Part shown: one piece after another, positions 1 through 9,332 of the stretch
How the letters are laid out: every line of letters starts with the position of its first letter
Position numbering within the stretch: the stretch's first letter is position 1
Assembly (NCBI GenBank): GCA_001916005.1
Contig: MNRP01000037.1
Span: forward strand, 1,631 to 65,630
Length of the DNA stretch: 64,000 bases
From: Clostridium sp. 26_22
Lineage (GTDB): Bacteria > Bacillota > Clostridia > TANB77 > CAG-508
Direction: 5' to 3'
Notes under the pieces: model-generated
Databases searched by the model: none
Seen by the model: the letters and a program-made list of their open reading frames with translations, nothing else
What the model was told of the DNA's origin: nothing
Made by a program: the position numbers and the translations under genes

Positions 1-356
1 GAGAAATTGCAGAAATGTACCCAGATTTAAAAGATGAACTGGAAAGAATAAATTGTAATATGATAGATTTCCTAGAACCGTTTAAACAAAGAAAATATTA
101 TACTAAAGAAATGCAAGGTTCGGCTTCAATTAAGTATGTATTGCCAGCACTGTACCAAAAGGATTCAGAACTTGATTATCATAATCTACCAGTAGTACAT
201 AATGGTGAAGAAGCATCCGAAGCGTTCTTAAGTCTAAAAGGAAAATCAAAAGAAAAGCAAAAAGAAATAAGAAATGGATTGTTAGTATATTGCCAATTGG
301 ACACATATGCAATGGTAAAAATATGGATGAAATTTAAACAGATATTAAGTAAATAA
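1..356 (+). CDS. DUF2779-like protein, C-terminal part (gene starts left of window)
   Basis: The frame is open to position 1. The tail GSASIKYVLPALY...LLVYCQLDTYAMVKIW resembles DUF2779 family C-termini. Confidence 0.5.
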   Translation, partial: EIAEMYPDLKDELERINCNMIDFLEPFKQRKYYTKEMQGSASIKYVLPALYQKDSELDYHNLPVVHNGEEASEAFLSLKGKSKEKQKEIRNGLLVYCQLDTYAMVKIWMKFKQILSK

Positions 357-426
357 TGCTTGGAAATGTCAATATAAAGAAAGTAAAAAAAGGCTAGAAA
401 TACTTGTTAAAAAAGGAGTAAATTTA

Positions 427-861
427 ATGAAGATAGATAAAGAAAAATTTATAAAAGATATAGAAAAAGATTTGGGCATAAAAAAATATGAAGAACAAGT
501 AAATACTAATGATGATTTCAAGAAAAAAATTAACGATTTGAATTTTGAAGATTTAGGAGATTTTTTTAAAGAGATTTTTGAAAAAAATCAGGGATATCAA
601 TCTAATGTTTTAGATATAGAAGGAACTTGTAAAATTAGTAAAGAAGAAGCAAAAAAAGGTTGTGAAAGAGAAATTAAGATTAAAAGAAATTTTTTTGATA
701 AAAAAGAAAATAAGTTGAAAAATAAAAAAGTAAAAATAAGAGTTAAAATACCAAAAGAAATAAAACAAGGTCAATCAATATTAATATATGGGGAAGGAAA
801 TGAGGATAAAAAATTAAATAAAGGAAATTTACTTGTTAAGATAGTTATAAAAAATAATTAA
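427..861 (+). CDS. hypothetical protein with DnaJ/CbpA C-terminal-domain-like tail
   Basis: An AAAGGAG RBS lies upstream. The tail IRVKIPKEIKQGQSILIYGEGNE...GNLLVKIVIK resembles the DnaJ CTD. There is no J domain. Confidence 0.4.
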   Translation: MKIDKEKFIKDIEKDLGIKKYEEQVNTNDDFKKKINDLNFEDLGDFFKEIFEKNQGYQSNVLDIEGTCKISKEEAKKGCEREIKIKRNFFDKKENKLKNKKVKIRVKIPKEIKQGQSILIYGEGNEDKKLNKGNLLVKIVIKNN

Positions 862-879
862 AATAGGAGATAAAAGATT

Positions 880-1875
880 ATGGATTTATATGAGAAAAAT
901 GGAAATATATTATACATATTAAATGTATTAAAAAAATATAGTGATTTTGACCATAAGTTATCAGCAGTAGAAATTCAAAGAAAAGTAGCAGAAATATATA
1001 ATGTAGAAATAGACCCGAGAACAATTAGGAGAAACATAAATCTTTTAAAATATAAATTGAATTATGATATTAGTACAAGAGACGAAAACGGAAAAGGGTA
1101 TTATATAAATCGTGATCCAGCTACTGAGTTTGAGCCAGGAGAAATAAGAGCAATAATTGATAATTTTAGTTATGCAAATTATATAGTTCCAAGTGTAGCA
1201 AAAGAAATAATAAAAAAATGTAAAAATATGCAAACGGTATATGAAAATGCAAAACTAAAAGATTATCAGATTTATTCTGTTAATAATAAAACAGAAAACG
1301 CAGAAGTAATAAAAAATATTGAAGATATTTCAGATAGTATTTATTATAATAATAAAATTAAATTTGAATATTGGAAGTATGTAATAACAAACAAATTAGA
1401 GAAAACAATAGTAAGTACACCTATAGTTTCTCCATATGCGATTGTCTATAATAAACAAGAATTTTATTTGATTGCAATAAAAGAAGGTCAACAGAAATTT
1501 TATAATTATAGGCTAGATAGAATAAGAAATATACAAATTTTAGATGAAAAAATTAAAATTAAGAAAAGTAAAAGTGATATTAAAGAATTTGCAGAATCAT
1601 CCACAGAAATGTTTGGAGGAGAAAAAGAGGAAATTGAAGCAATATGTCATATATGGCTTTTAGATACTATATTTGAGACTTTTGGAAGAAATGTTACAAT
1701 AAAAAAAATACCAAAAGATGATGATCATTTTAAACTAATTGTTGATACAAATTCTATGGGATTTAGAATGTGGGCAATGAGAAATGTAGATTTAGTGGAA
1801 GTAAAAAAACCATTACACTTAAGAGAAGAAATGAAGAAAATTGTGAAAAATGCATTTGAAAAATATAATACATAA
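880..1875 (+). CDS. WYL-domain transcriptional regulator
   Basis: There is an N-terminal wHTH-like segment (LSAVEIQRKVAEIYNVEIDPRTIRRNINLL), a central WYL-like block (FYLIAIKEGQQKFYNYRLDRIRNIQIL) and a C-terminal extension. Confidence 0.65.
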   Translation: MDLYEKNGNILYILNVLKKYSDFDHKLSAVEIQRKVAEIYNVEIDPRTIRRNINLLKYKLNYDISTRDENGKGYYINRDPATEFEPGEIRAIIDNFSYANYIVPSVAKEIIKKCKNMQTVYENAKLKDYQIYSVNNKTENAEVIKNIEDISDSIYYNNKIKFEYWKYVITNKLEKTIVSTPIVSPYAIVYNKQEFYLIAIKEGQQKFYNYRLDRIRNIQILDEKIKIKKSKSDIKEFAESSTEMFGGEKEEIEAICHIWLLDTIFETFGRNVTIKKIPKDDDHFKLIVDTNSMGFRMWAMRNVDLVEVKKPLHLREEMKKIVKNAFEKYNT

Positions 1876-2189
1876 AGAAATTTATATAACGAAATGTCAA
1901 AAAAATAAAAGCTTTGGGTTCAGTATAGATTCCAAGACTTTTATTTTTTATGATAATGTACATTATATGACCAAGCATATTGATAAAATTTTATTACCGT
2001 AATACAATTTTTAAAAAATTGAATATATTAGCAAGAGAATTAATTCAAGATGCTTTTCTATGTTGTTGAACAAAATGATATTAAAAGTATGACAGAATAT
2101 AGATGCTAATAAATATACACTTTCAGAAATAAAAGAAATTTTAAATATACTAAATGATTATTTAAAAGAAATAAAAATATATTACTAAA

Positions 2190-2795
2190 ATGGAGTGTGA
2201 AAAAATGATGTTAAATATGGATAATCAATTATCAAAAGAGAATGATTGTATAGAAAATATAATCAAAGAAGAAAAATTAATAGAAGGTACTATTTTTATA
2301 AATAAAGCTAATATTTATAATTGTTTTAATAAATTGATACTAAAAAATTACAATAGCAAAAATGATTTGGAGAAAGAAGAGATAATAATAGATAAAATAA
2401 ATAAGCGAATTATAAAAGAAGATATTTTAAATAAAAGTAAAAGATTTAAAAATGGAAATAATAAACAAGACATTGTTGCTCTTGATATTTTAGAGTGTAA
2501 AATAAAAAATAAAAAGTATTTTTCAGAAAGTAGAAGGTTATGGTTTGAAGAAATTATTGATAGAGGAGATTTGTATACGAATGTAATTTATGTATTCCTA
2601 ATTGTCAAAGAATTAAATGCAGTTAAACAAGAACAGTACAAATTTTTAGGGTTATATAAGTTAATAGATTATGATAAAAAAAACAATCTCAGATTATGGG
2701 AAAAACAAAATTTTCAAAATAATATAGTACCATTAAATGATGATGAAATAATAAAAGTAATTAAAAATATCGAGAATGGAAGGATTATTAAATGA
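2190..2795 (+). CDS. hypothetical protein, translationally coupled to the DnaA-like ATPase
   Basis: The more likely start is ATG 2205, with GGAG 9 nt upstream. The stop overlaps the next start (ATGA at 2792-2795). No motif was recognised. Confidence 0.5.
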   Translation: MECEKMMLNMDNQLSKENDCIENIIKEEKLIEGTIFINKANIYNCFNKLILKNYNSKNDLEKEEIIIDKINKRIIKEDILNKSKRFKNGNNKQDIVALDILECKIKNKKYFSESRRLWFEEIIDRGDLYTNVIYVFLIVKELNAVKQEQYKFLGLYKLIDYDKKNNLRLWEKQNFQNNIVPLNDDEIIKVIKNIENGRIIK

Positions 2796-3529
2796 CAATA
2801 GACTTAGAAGGTACAATAATGTCAAAATATACTTTTGAAAATTTTGTAGTAGGAAAGAATAATGAATTTGCTTATAAGATTGCAAAAAGTGTAGCCGAAA
2901 AGAAGATGAGCTATAATCTATTTTTTATATATGGAGATGTTGGTGTTGGAAAGACACATTTAATGTATGCGATTGTAAACCAAATAACAAGAGATTTTCC
3001 TAATGAAAATGTTGTATATTTAACAGCAGAAGAATTTACAAATCAATTAATTAATTCAATAAAAAAGAAAAAATATGAACAATTTAGAAGATGGTATAGA
3101 AATATTGATTTTTTATTAATAGACGATATTCAATTTATTGTGGGAAAAGAAAGAATTGAAGAAGTAGTACTTAATGTATGTGATTTTTTATATCATAATC
3201 AAAAGAAACTTGTTATAGCAAGTAGTTGTAAAATTAACAATTTTATTGTGTCATCACAAAGATTAAAAACAAGATTTGCAAATGGAGTATTGGCTAATAT
3301 TTCTATGCAAGAATATAAAACAAGACAAGCTATTTTAGTCAATAAAATAAAAGATGAAAATATAGAAATAAATAAAGAAATACTAACATATATAGTTAAA
3401 AAATCTAATTTAAGTATTAGAGCAATGATGGGATTAGTTAATACGATAAAAGCACATAAAGATTTAATTAGAAACTCAATTCCTGAAGAAAAAATAAAAA
3501 TGTTAATAGATGATATGTTATATAAATAA
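2792..3529 (+). CDS. DnaA domain-III-like AAA+ ATPase lacking the DNA-binding domain IV
   Basis: It has Walker A GDVGVGKTH, Walker B LLIDDIQF, box-VII-like RLKTRFANG and sensor-2-like LSIRAMMG, collinear with DnaA domain III (YTFENFVVGKNNEFA...). The protein ends about 25 aa after sensor 2. Confidence 0.75.
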   Translation: MTIDLEGTIMSKYTFENFVVGKNNEFAYKIAKSVAEKKMSYNLFFIYGDVGVGKTHLMYAIVNQITRDFPNENVVYLTAEEFTNQLINSIKKKKYEQFRRWYRNIDFLLIDDIQFIVGKERIEEVVLNVCDFLYHNQKKLVIASSCKINNFIVSSQRLKTRFANGVLANISMQEYKTRQAILVNKIKDENIEINKEILTYIVKKSNLSIRAMMGLVNTIKAHKDLIRNSIPEEKIKMLIDDMLYK

Positions 3530-3648
3530 TTATTGTCAAAAGAAGTAGAAATAATTTGGTAAAAATACCAGCAATGGTCAAAAATAAAAGTAAATGAATG
3601 TTGAAATCTTTGTTTTTGCATGTGCAGTTATAAGTGCGAAAAGTCAAT

Positions 3649-3686
3649 AAACCGCAAGAAATAATTTGAGTTATTTCTTGCGGTTT
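3649..3686 (-). terminator. hairpin terminator downstream of the Rieske/FAD gene
   Basis: AAACCGCAAGAAATAA / TTATTTCTTGCGGTTT form a 16-bp stem with a 6-nt loop. The flank is T-rich on the minus strand. Confidence 0.6.
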
Positions 3687-3716
3687 ATGTCTTATTATTG
3701 AGTCAATAGAATTATA

Positions 3717-5399
3717 TTAACTCAAATCTATCACATCTAAATCTCTAATCGCAGGATTATACAATTGATGTCCTTTGTAATCAAATCTAGACCCATGGCA
3801 AGGGCAATCCCAAGTCTTATCAAGATTATTCCAACTAAGGAGACAACCTAAATGTGTACAAATAGGATTAACAGCAAAAATTTTTCCATCATTATCTTTA
3901 TAAATTCCAATTGTTTGCCCATTATATTTAAGTACATGTCCTGAGTCATTTTTTATTTCTTCAAAATTACCAGCTTTTTTACTTCCTGACATGACAGAAT
4001 TATCTTCAATTACATCCAAATCAGCATCAGGTACCTTAAATTTATTAATCACAAAAGAATTAGTAGTTTCTTTTATCATATTACCAAGTTCCACATTATT
4101 CTTAATAGGGTGTAATCTGGTAGCTTTAAATACATTCTCATATTCATTTTCGCGACCTAAAATTTTATCAACAATAATATTACCAGCAACATTCGAAGAA
4201 GTCATTCCCCATTTATTAAAGCCAGTACCAATATACATATTAGGCATAAAGTGGGAAAATTCACCAATATAAGGAATCTTATCAAGCGTAATACAATCTT
4301 CCGTATTCCATTTATACAAAACTTTACAATCTGGATAATATTTTCTTACTTCATATTCTAAAATACTATAAGCATTTGATAAATCTATTTTGCTTCCAGT
4401 CTTATGATCTGCACCACCTACTAACAAAAGTCTTTTTCCACAAGAACCACTAAAATTTGCAAATCTATATGAAAAAGTAGGTTGCTTGGAATTTATATAC
4501 ATTCCGTCAAAAGTTTTATCTCCAATATCTACAGCAATTACATAAGATGTTGATTGATACATCTTCAAAAAATAATATCCTAAACGGTCAATAAAAGGAT
4601 AATGAGAGGCTAGTATTACATATTTTGACCTAACGACATAATCTTTACATGATGTTATAAACTCATCATTTTCCTTTTTAATATTTTGAACAAGCGTATC
4701 TGTATAAATTTCACCTGTACCTTTTGCAAGATTTAAACTAGCACCACCTGGACTATTTTCAACGATGCCATCTCCAACAGAAACTGAACCAACCGAACCA
4801 GCATTAACTAAGCCATCAATCGCACTAGAACCATTAGAAGTAATACATTTTGCCAATCCATACGCATATTTTATAGGATTAAACTCAGCTTGATTTGGAA
4901 ACCTTAAAGCACCTAACACATTAAAGGGAAGAGGAGGAGATGTAACAAATTCGCTTTTAAACCCAAGAGAATTTACAGCTTTATTTTCTAATTTAATTTT
5001 TTCTAATTCATCCAAATTATTAGTATAAACATAACTATCTTGTCTTACAAAATCACAGTCAATATTTTCATCATTTATAATCTGATAAATATTTTCTATG
5101 GCATCTTGATTTGCGTACAAATATTTCTTAGCCATAGATTCACCTAAAGAGTCAATTAAATATTTATATATAAGATTATGCTGACTTGTTATTTTTGCAG
5201 TAGTATGCCCAGTTGTTTTACTGGCAATATCTTTCTCTTTCTCCAAAAGAACAACATTATATCCTTGTTTTGTTAAATAATAACCGCAAGTAAGTCCAAA
5301 AATACCAGCACCTACTATACAAACATCAGTAGATATGTCCTTTTCTAATTTATTAAACTTATTTTTATTTTCTATAGAATCAAGCCAAAAAGAATTCAT
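3717..5399 (-). CDS. FAD-dependent oxidoreductase with C-terminal Rieske [2Fe-2S] domain
   Basis: The N-terminus has the dinucleotide fold VCIVGAGIFGLTCGYYL. The C-terminus has the Rieske motifs CTHLGC...CPCHGS. Confidence 0.8.
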   Translation of the reverse strand: MNSFWLDSIENKNKFNKLEKDISTDVCIVGAGIFGLTCGYYLTKQGYNVVLLEKEKDIASKTTGHTTAKITSQHNLIYKYLIDSLGESMAKKYLYANQDAIENIYQIINDENIDCDFVRQDSYVYTNNLDELEKIKLENKAVNSLGFKSEFVTSPPLPFNVLGALRFPNQAEFNPIKYAYGLAKCITSNGSSAIDGLVNAGSVGSVSVGDGIVENSPGGASLNLAKGTGEIYTDTLVQNIKKENDEFITSCKDYVVRSKYVILASHYPFIDRLGYYFLKMYQSTSYVIAVDIGDKTFDGMYINSKQPTFSYRFANFSGSCGKRLLLVGGADHKTGSKIDLSNAYSILEYEVRKYYPDCKVLYKWNTEDCITLDKIPYIGEFSHFMPNMYIGTGFNKWGMTSSNVAGNIIVDKILGRENEYENVFKATRLHPIKNNVELGNMIKETTNSFVINKFKVPDADLDVIEDNSVMSGSKKAGNFEEIKNDSGHVLKYNGQTIGIYKDNDGKIFAVNPICTHLGCLLSWNNLDKTWDCPCHGSRFDYKGHQLYNPAIRDLDVIDLS

Positions 5400-6244
5400 A
5401 AGATACCTCCATTAGATCTAATTATGCTCATAGTTGCCAAAGCATTACTATATTAACTAAATATAGTTTGAATTAAAGTCAGTCCGTATAACACAAAAAA
5501 GAGATAATTAGCTAAAGATGAAACTGTTCTTTTTTATGTGAGTTTAGCTAATAAAGTTATACGACATTCACTGAATATGTATACTAATTAAATTCTATAT
5601 TAAGATTATGTACAAGCACATATAAAATTATTCGACAAATATGCTAACTAGATAAATATCTTTGATTAAATATGTAGTACCAGTTATAACAATAAAATTA
5701 GTGAAACAACTAATTAAGTAAATAATTTTAACTAATTATTGGATAATTTAATAAGAAATGAAAATAAACACACATTGAAACATCTAGTATTTTAAATAAT
5801 AATTTTAGTTGAGCGAGCTTTTAAATAAAAATGTTTAGTGACACGAAATTTATATATAATAGGAATTAAAGAAATAAAAACAATAAAGCGAAAGTATCAA
5901 TGCAGAAGAAAATAAAGCATTGATACTTTCTTGAAATAAATCTTTTATCAGCAAAGGAAGAAAAAAATAGGGATGTCCTTTACTTTACATAATTGTAACA
6001 CAATAAAAATGCAAAGTTTGTAGAAAACTGTCGAAAAGCTTAAAAAACTTGAAAAAACACAAAAAAATTGAGATATAATAAGCTTTCTTGGAGCGAAAAG
6101 CAAAATAACATTGTGAAAATCGCAAAAACTAAAGAATTTACCTTGTAAATTAAGATATTCTAAAATAAAATATAAAAAATTTAATATTTTGTAGAAAATA
6201 GTCGAACTATATGTTATATTATTTATAGTAGGATTGGTGAAAGA

Positions 6245-6616
6245 ATGAACAAAAAAAGCATAAAGATAATACTAATAGAACTTTTTATATTAATACTAGC
6301 AATTATTGGGGTAAATAGTAATCTAATGCAATATACACCAAGTTGTTTGTTTTACGAAGCTACAAATCTTCAGTGTCCTTCTTGTGGGGGAACAAGATGT
6401 GTAGAAAATATATTAAAAGGTAATTTTAAAGAAGCTTTTTTGTTTCATCCAATATTTTTTATAACCATTTTTTATTTATTACTTTGTAATATAGTATATT
6501 TAATTAACTTAAATAAGAAAAATAAAATTTTAACATGGATATATCCAAAATATTGGTATACTATAATTTTTGCTGTAATCCTAGTAATATATGGAATACT
6601 ACGTAACCTAGTCTAG
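6245..6616 (+). CDS. DUF2752-like membrane protein
   Basis: A CPSCGGTRC motif follows the first TM segment. Several hydrophobic helices are present. Confidence 0.55.
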   Translation: MNKKSIKIILIELFILILAIIGVNSNLMQYTPSCLFYEATNLQCPSCGGTRCVENILKGNFKEAFLFHPIFFITIFYLLLCNIVYLINLNKKNKILTWIYPKYWYTIIFAVILVIYGILRNLV

Positions 6617-6763
6617 TAAAAAAACAGCCAAGGTTTAACAAAAAGTAAATAAATTAATAGACATTAAGTAATACATATATAGTGTGATTTTAAATAATAA
6701 AATCAGGTTTGCCCAAAAGAAAAATTTCCTAAGAGAGTTTATTAAAATAAAGGAGGATTTTTT

Positions 6764-7264
6764 ATGGACGAAAATAACAAAGATGATGTTATAAAAAATG
6801 ATAACAATAATATCGAAGCAAATGATCAAACTATAGAAAAAACTGAAACAAATGTAGTAAAAGAAGAGCAACCAGTCCAAAAGCAAGAAAATGTGAATAA
6901 CAACAATACAACAGCAAACCAGCAACAAAAAGATAAGAAAGGATTTAGTATAGCAGCTTTAGTTCTTGGTATTGTAGCAATTGTACTTTGCTGTGTATGG
7001 TATATATCAATACCATGTGGAATTTTGGCTATTGTTTTTGGTACTATAGGACTAAGATCAAGCAAAAGAGGAATGTCAATATCAGGAATTGTTACAGGTA
7101 TTATTGGTATAATCATTTCTATATTTATAATATTTATGATAATTATTTCGGGATTTACACAAGGATTAATTGAAGGTATTACAAATGGAATTGAACAAAA
7201 TAATTATTCAGACTTTGATGATGATCACTACAATTATAAGTATGATAGTTTTTATAACTTTTAA
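6764..7264 (+). CDS. DUF4190-like membrane protein (paralog 1 of 3)
   Basis: Core GFSIAALVLGIVAIVLCCVWYISIPCGILAIVFGTIGLRSSKRGMSISGIVTGIIG. The N-terminus is N/Q-rich. Confidence 0.6.
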   Translation: MDENNKDDVIKNDNNNIEANDQTIEKTETNVVKEEQPVQKQENVNNNNTTANQQQKDKKGFSIAALVLGIVAIVLCCVWYISIPCGILAIVFGTIGLRSSKRGMSISGIVTGIIGIIISIFIIFMIIISGFTQGLIEGITNGIEQNNYSDFDDDHYNYKYDSFYNF

Positions 7265-7387
7265 CGCTTAATATTATTATAAAGCAAATGAATTAAGTAC
7301 AATAGCAAATAATATTAAGAAATTAATTACGGTATTTATAAAATTAAATACATATATACAAAAAGAAAAAAATAGGAGGGAGTTTTT

Positions 7388-7765
7388 ATGAACGAAAACA
7401 AAGAAAATGAAGTAAACAATGTTGAAAGCGAGGTAAATCAATCAACTAATACTACACCAACAAATGACAAAAAAGGATTCTCAATTGCTGCATTAGTATT
7501 AGGAATAATTGCACTTGTACTTTGTTGTATATGGTATGTATCTATACCTTGTGGCATTATCGCATTAATACTTGGAATTATAGGTTTGAAATCAAGCAAA
7601 AGAGGAATGTCAATTGCAGGAATTATTACAGGTGTTATTGGTATGATACTAAGTATTGTATTAGTAATAGCAATTGTTATGTTAGGTGTAAGTATTTTTA
7701 ATAGTGCTAAAGATGCAATCGAAGATAGCGATTATCCATCAAGCTATTACTACTACAATGACTAG
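7388..7765 (+). CDS. DUF4190-like membrane protein (paralog 2 of 3)
   Basis: It has nearly the same TM core as 6764-7264 (GFSIAALVLGIIALVLCCIWYVSIPCG...). An AGGAGGG RBS is present. Confidence 0.6.
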   Translation: MNENKENEVNNVESEVNQSTNTTPTNDKKGFSIAALVLGIIALVLCCIWYVSIPCGIIALILGIIGLKSSKRGMSIAGIITGVIGMILSIVLVIAIVMLGVSIFNSAKDAIEDSDYPSSYYYYND

Positions 7766-7778
7766 GAATTAGTAAACT

Positions 7779-8120
7779 ATGAAGAATGGAGAAAAAGTTG
7801 CTCTTCCTTACCAAAGTGTTAAAGAAGAGCATTATAAAAAATATAGTATAGCATCTATTGTATTAGGAATTTTATCAATACTTTTATCATCCTTTTTTCA
7901 TATATCGATCTTATGTGGCATTATAGCAATTGGATTTGGAGTTTCGAGTGTGAAAAGTGGAAAGAAAGTTCTTTCGATAATCGGAATTATTTCAGGAGCT
8001 ATTGGTATTGTCCTTACAGCTGTAATTGCTATAAATTTATTATCATTTATAACAAGTAGTTCTTTTAGGTTTATTACAGCATTATTTGAAGAATTAAAAA
8101 AAATAACAAGCTTATATTAA
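7779..8120 (+). CDS. DUF4190-like membrane protein (paralog 3 of 3, more divergent)
   Basis: The same two-helix core pattern is present (YSIASIVLGILSILL...ILCGIIAIGFGVSSVKSGKK). Confidence 0.5.
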   Translation: MKNGEKVALPYQSVKEEHYKKYSIASIVLGILSILLSSFFHISILCGIIAIGFGVSSVKSGKKVLSIIGIISGAIGIVLTAVIAINLLSFITSSSFRFITALFEELKKITSLY

Positions 8121-8140
8121 TATTTAAGCTTGTTTTTTTA
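8105..8140 (+). terminator. rho-independent terminator
   Basis: AACAAGCTTA / TAAGCTTGTT form a 10-bp stem followed by a T7 run. Confidence 0.65.
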
Positions 8141-8182
8141 TATTTAACAAGTTATTTTATCGACAAAAATTGCAGTATTTTA

Positions 8183-8211
8183 TTGTACAAATAAATTTCT
8201 TTTGATATAAT
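8183..8211 (+). promoter_or_regulatory. sigma-A-type promoter of the hydrogenase operon
   Basis: TTGTAC, a 17-nt spacer, then the extended -10 TGaTATAAT. Confidence 0.5.
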
Positions 8212-8313
8212 GAGCCATAGTATCATATACTGTATAAGTATATATATTCGAATGTCATAGCTACACATTAAAAACAATACAGAAAGAATAATTATGACAG
8301 AATGGAGGCAAAT

Positions 8314-8805
8314 ATGTGCGAAAAAAATTGTATGGACGAAAAGTTATCTAACGAAATGAAAGAATTACTTAAAAATTATTCACAAGACAAATCAAATTTA
8401 ATTCAAATTTTGAATGAAGTTCAAGAAAAGTATGGTTATATTCCAAAACAATCACAAATTGAAATTTCTAATTATTTATCAATTCCAATGGCAGAAATTT
8501 ATGGTGTCATAACATTTTATTCTCGTTTTACTCTAGAACCAAAAGGAAAATATAATATATCAGTATGTCTAGGTACAGCTTGCTTTGTTAAAGGATCACA
8601 AGCTTTATTAGATAGATTAAAAGAAAGACTTAAAATAGATGAAGGCGGGACTACTCCAGATGGTAAGTTTTCTATTGATGCAACAAGATGTGTTGGAGCA
8701 TGTGGTTTAGCACCTGTATTTACTATAAATAATGAAGTATATGGTAAAGCTACAGTAAAGAAACTAGATGAAGTATTAGATGAATATATGAAAAAGGAAG
8801 ACTAA
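8314..8805 (+). CDS. hydC: [FeFe]-hydrogenase NuoE-like [2Fe-2S] subunit
   Basis: It shows the thioredoxin-like 2Fe-2S pattern CLGTAC...C..AC, as in NuoE/HndA. The ATG at 8314 is preceded by GGAGG. The ORF-track start at 8302 lies inside that RBS. Confidence 0.85.
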   Translation: MCEKNCMDEKLSNEMKELLKNYSQDKSNLIQILNEVQEKYGYIPKQSQIEISNYLSIPMAEIYGVITFYSRFTLEPKGKYNISVCLGTACFVKGSQALLDRLKERLKIDEGGTTPDGKFSIDATRCVGACGLAPVFTINNEVYGKATVKKLDEVLDEYMKKED

Positions 8806-8857
8806 TACTAACTATTTTGTAGCGACAACATAGTTAATCTTCAAAAGGAGGAACATT

Positions 8858-9265
8858 TTGAAAAAAGATTTATTAAAAACAAACTGTTTTGATGTAGAAG
8901 AAAAAATGATAATAATTGGAAGTTGTTTGGAATATATGTTTCCTAAAATATATAATGAATTAAATGAAATTTCAGAAAATATTTATGATGTATGTCTAGA
9001 AGATACACATTTAAATATGGTTATTACAAAAATTGCAGGGATGGTAGCAAGAAAAAAATGTAAAGAACTAACATTTGTAACAGTAGATAAATCACCACAT
9101 TGTGTACAATTACATTATGTAGTAAAAGAATTAGAAAATATAATGGATTTAAAAGATATAAAGATAAAAAATTATGTAGCTACAAGTGATGGATTAATTG
9201 AAATACCAATAGAAGTTATAGGATTATCTAAAAACCTGGCAAAATTAAAAGAAAAGCTAAATTAA
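8858..9265 (+). CDS. hypothetical Cys-containing protein inside the hyd operon (TTG start)
   Basis: AAGGAGG lies 7 nt upstream of the TTG. The protein has five Cys. No family was recognised. Confidence 0.45.
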   Translation: MKKDLLKTNCFDVEEKMIIIGSCLEYMFPKIYNELNEISENIYDVCLEDTHLNMVITKIAGMVARKKCKELTFVTVDKSPHCVQLHYVVKELENIMDLKDIKIKNYVATSDGLIEIPIEVIGLSKNLAKLKEKLN

Positions 9266-9332
9266 ACAATCACTAAACTGAAGCTTCACACAAAAAACTA
9301 AAGATGGATTAATATATCGAAAGGAGAAAAGT

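Noticed and set aside
1876-2190. Searched for DnaA boxes (TTATNCACA) near the DnaA-like ATPase gene that would indicate a cryptic origin.
   Set aside because: Only one weak near-match (ATATACACT) was found. There is no cluster.
4720-4850. A G/S/V-rich roughly 40-aa segment (SSAIDGLVNAGSVGSVSVGDGIVENSPGGAS) inside the FAD/Rieske protein, considered as a possible foreign insertion.
   Set aside because: It is in frame with no flanking repeats. It is most simply a lineage-specific surface loop or linker, and it cannot be evaluated without alignments.
8105-8140. TTGTT...TTAACAA upstream of the hydrogenase operon, considered as a Rex (redox repressor) box.
   Set aside because: The half-site spacing does not fit the 18-bp Rex consensus (TTG to CAA spans 21 nt). 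The sequence is fully explained as the terminator stem of the preceding gene.
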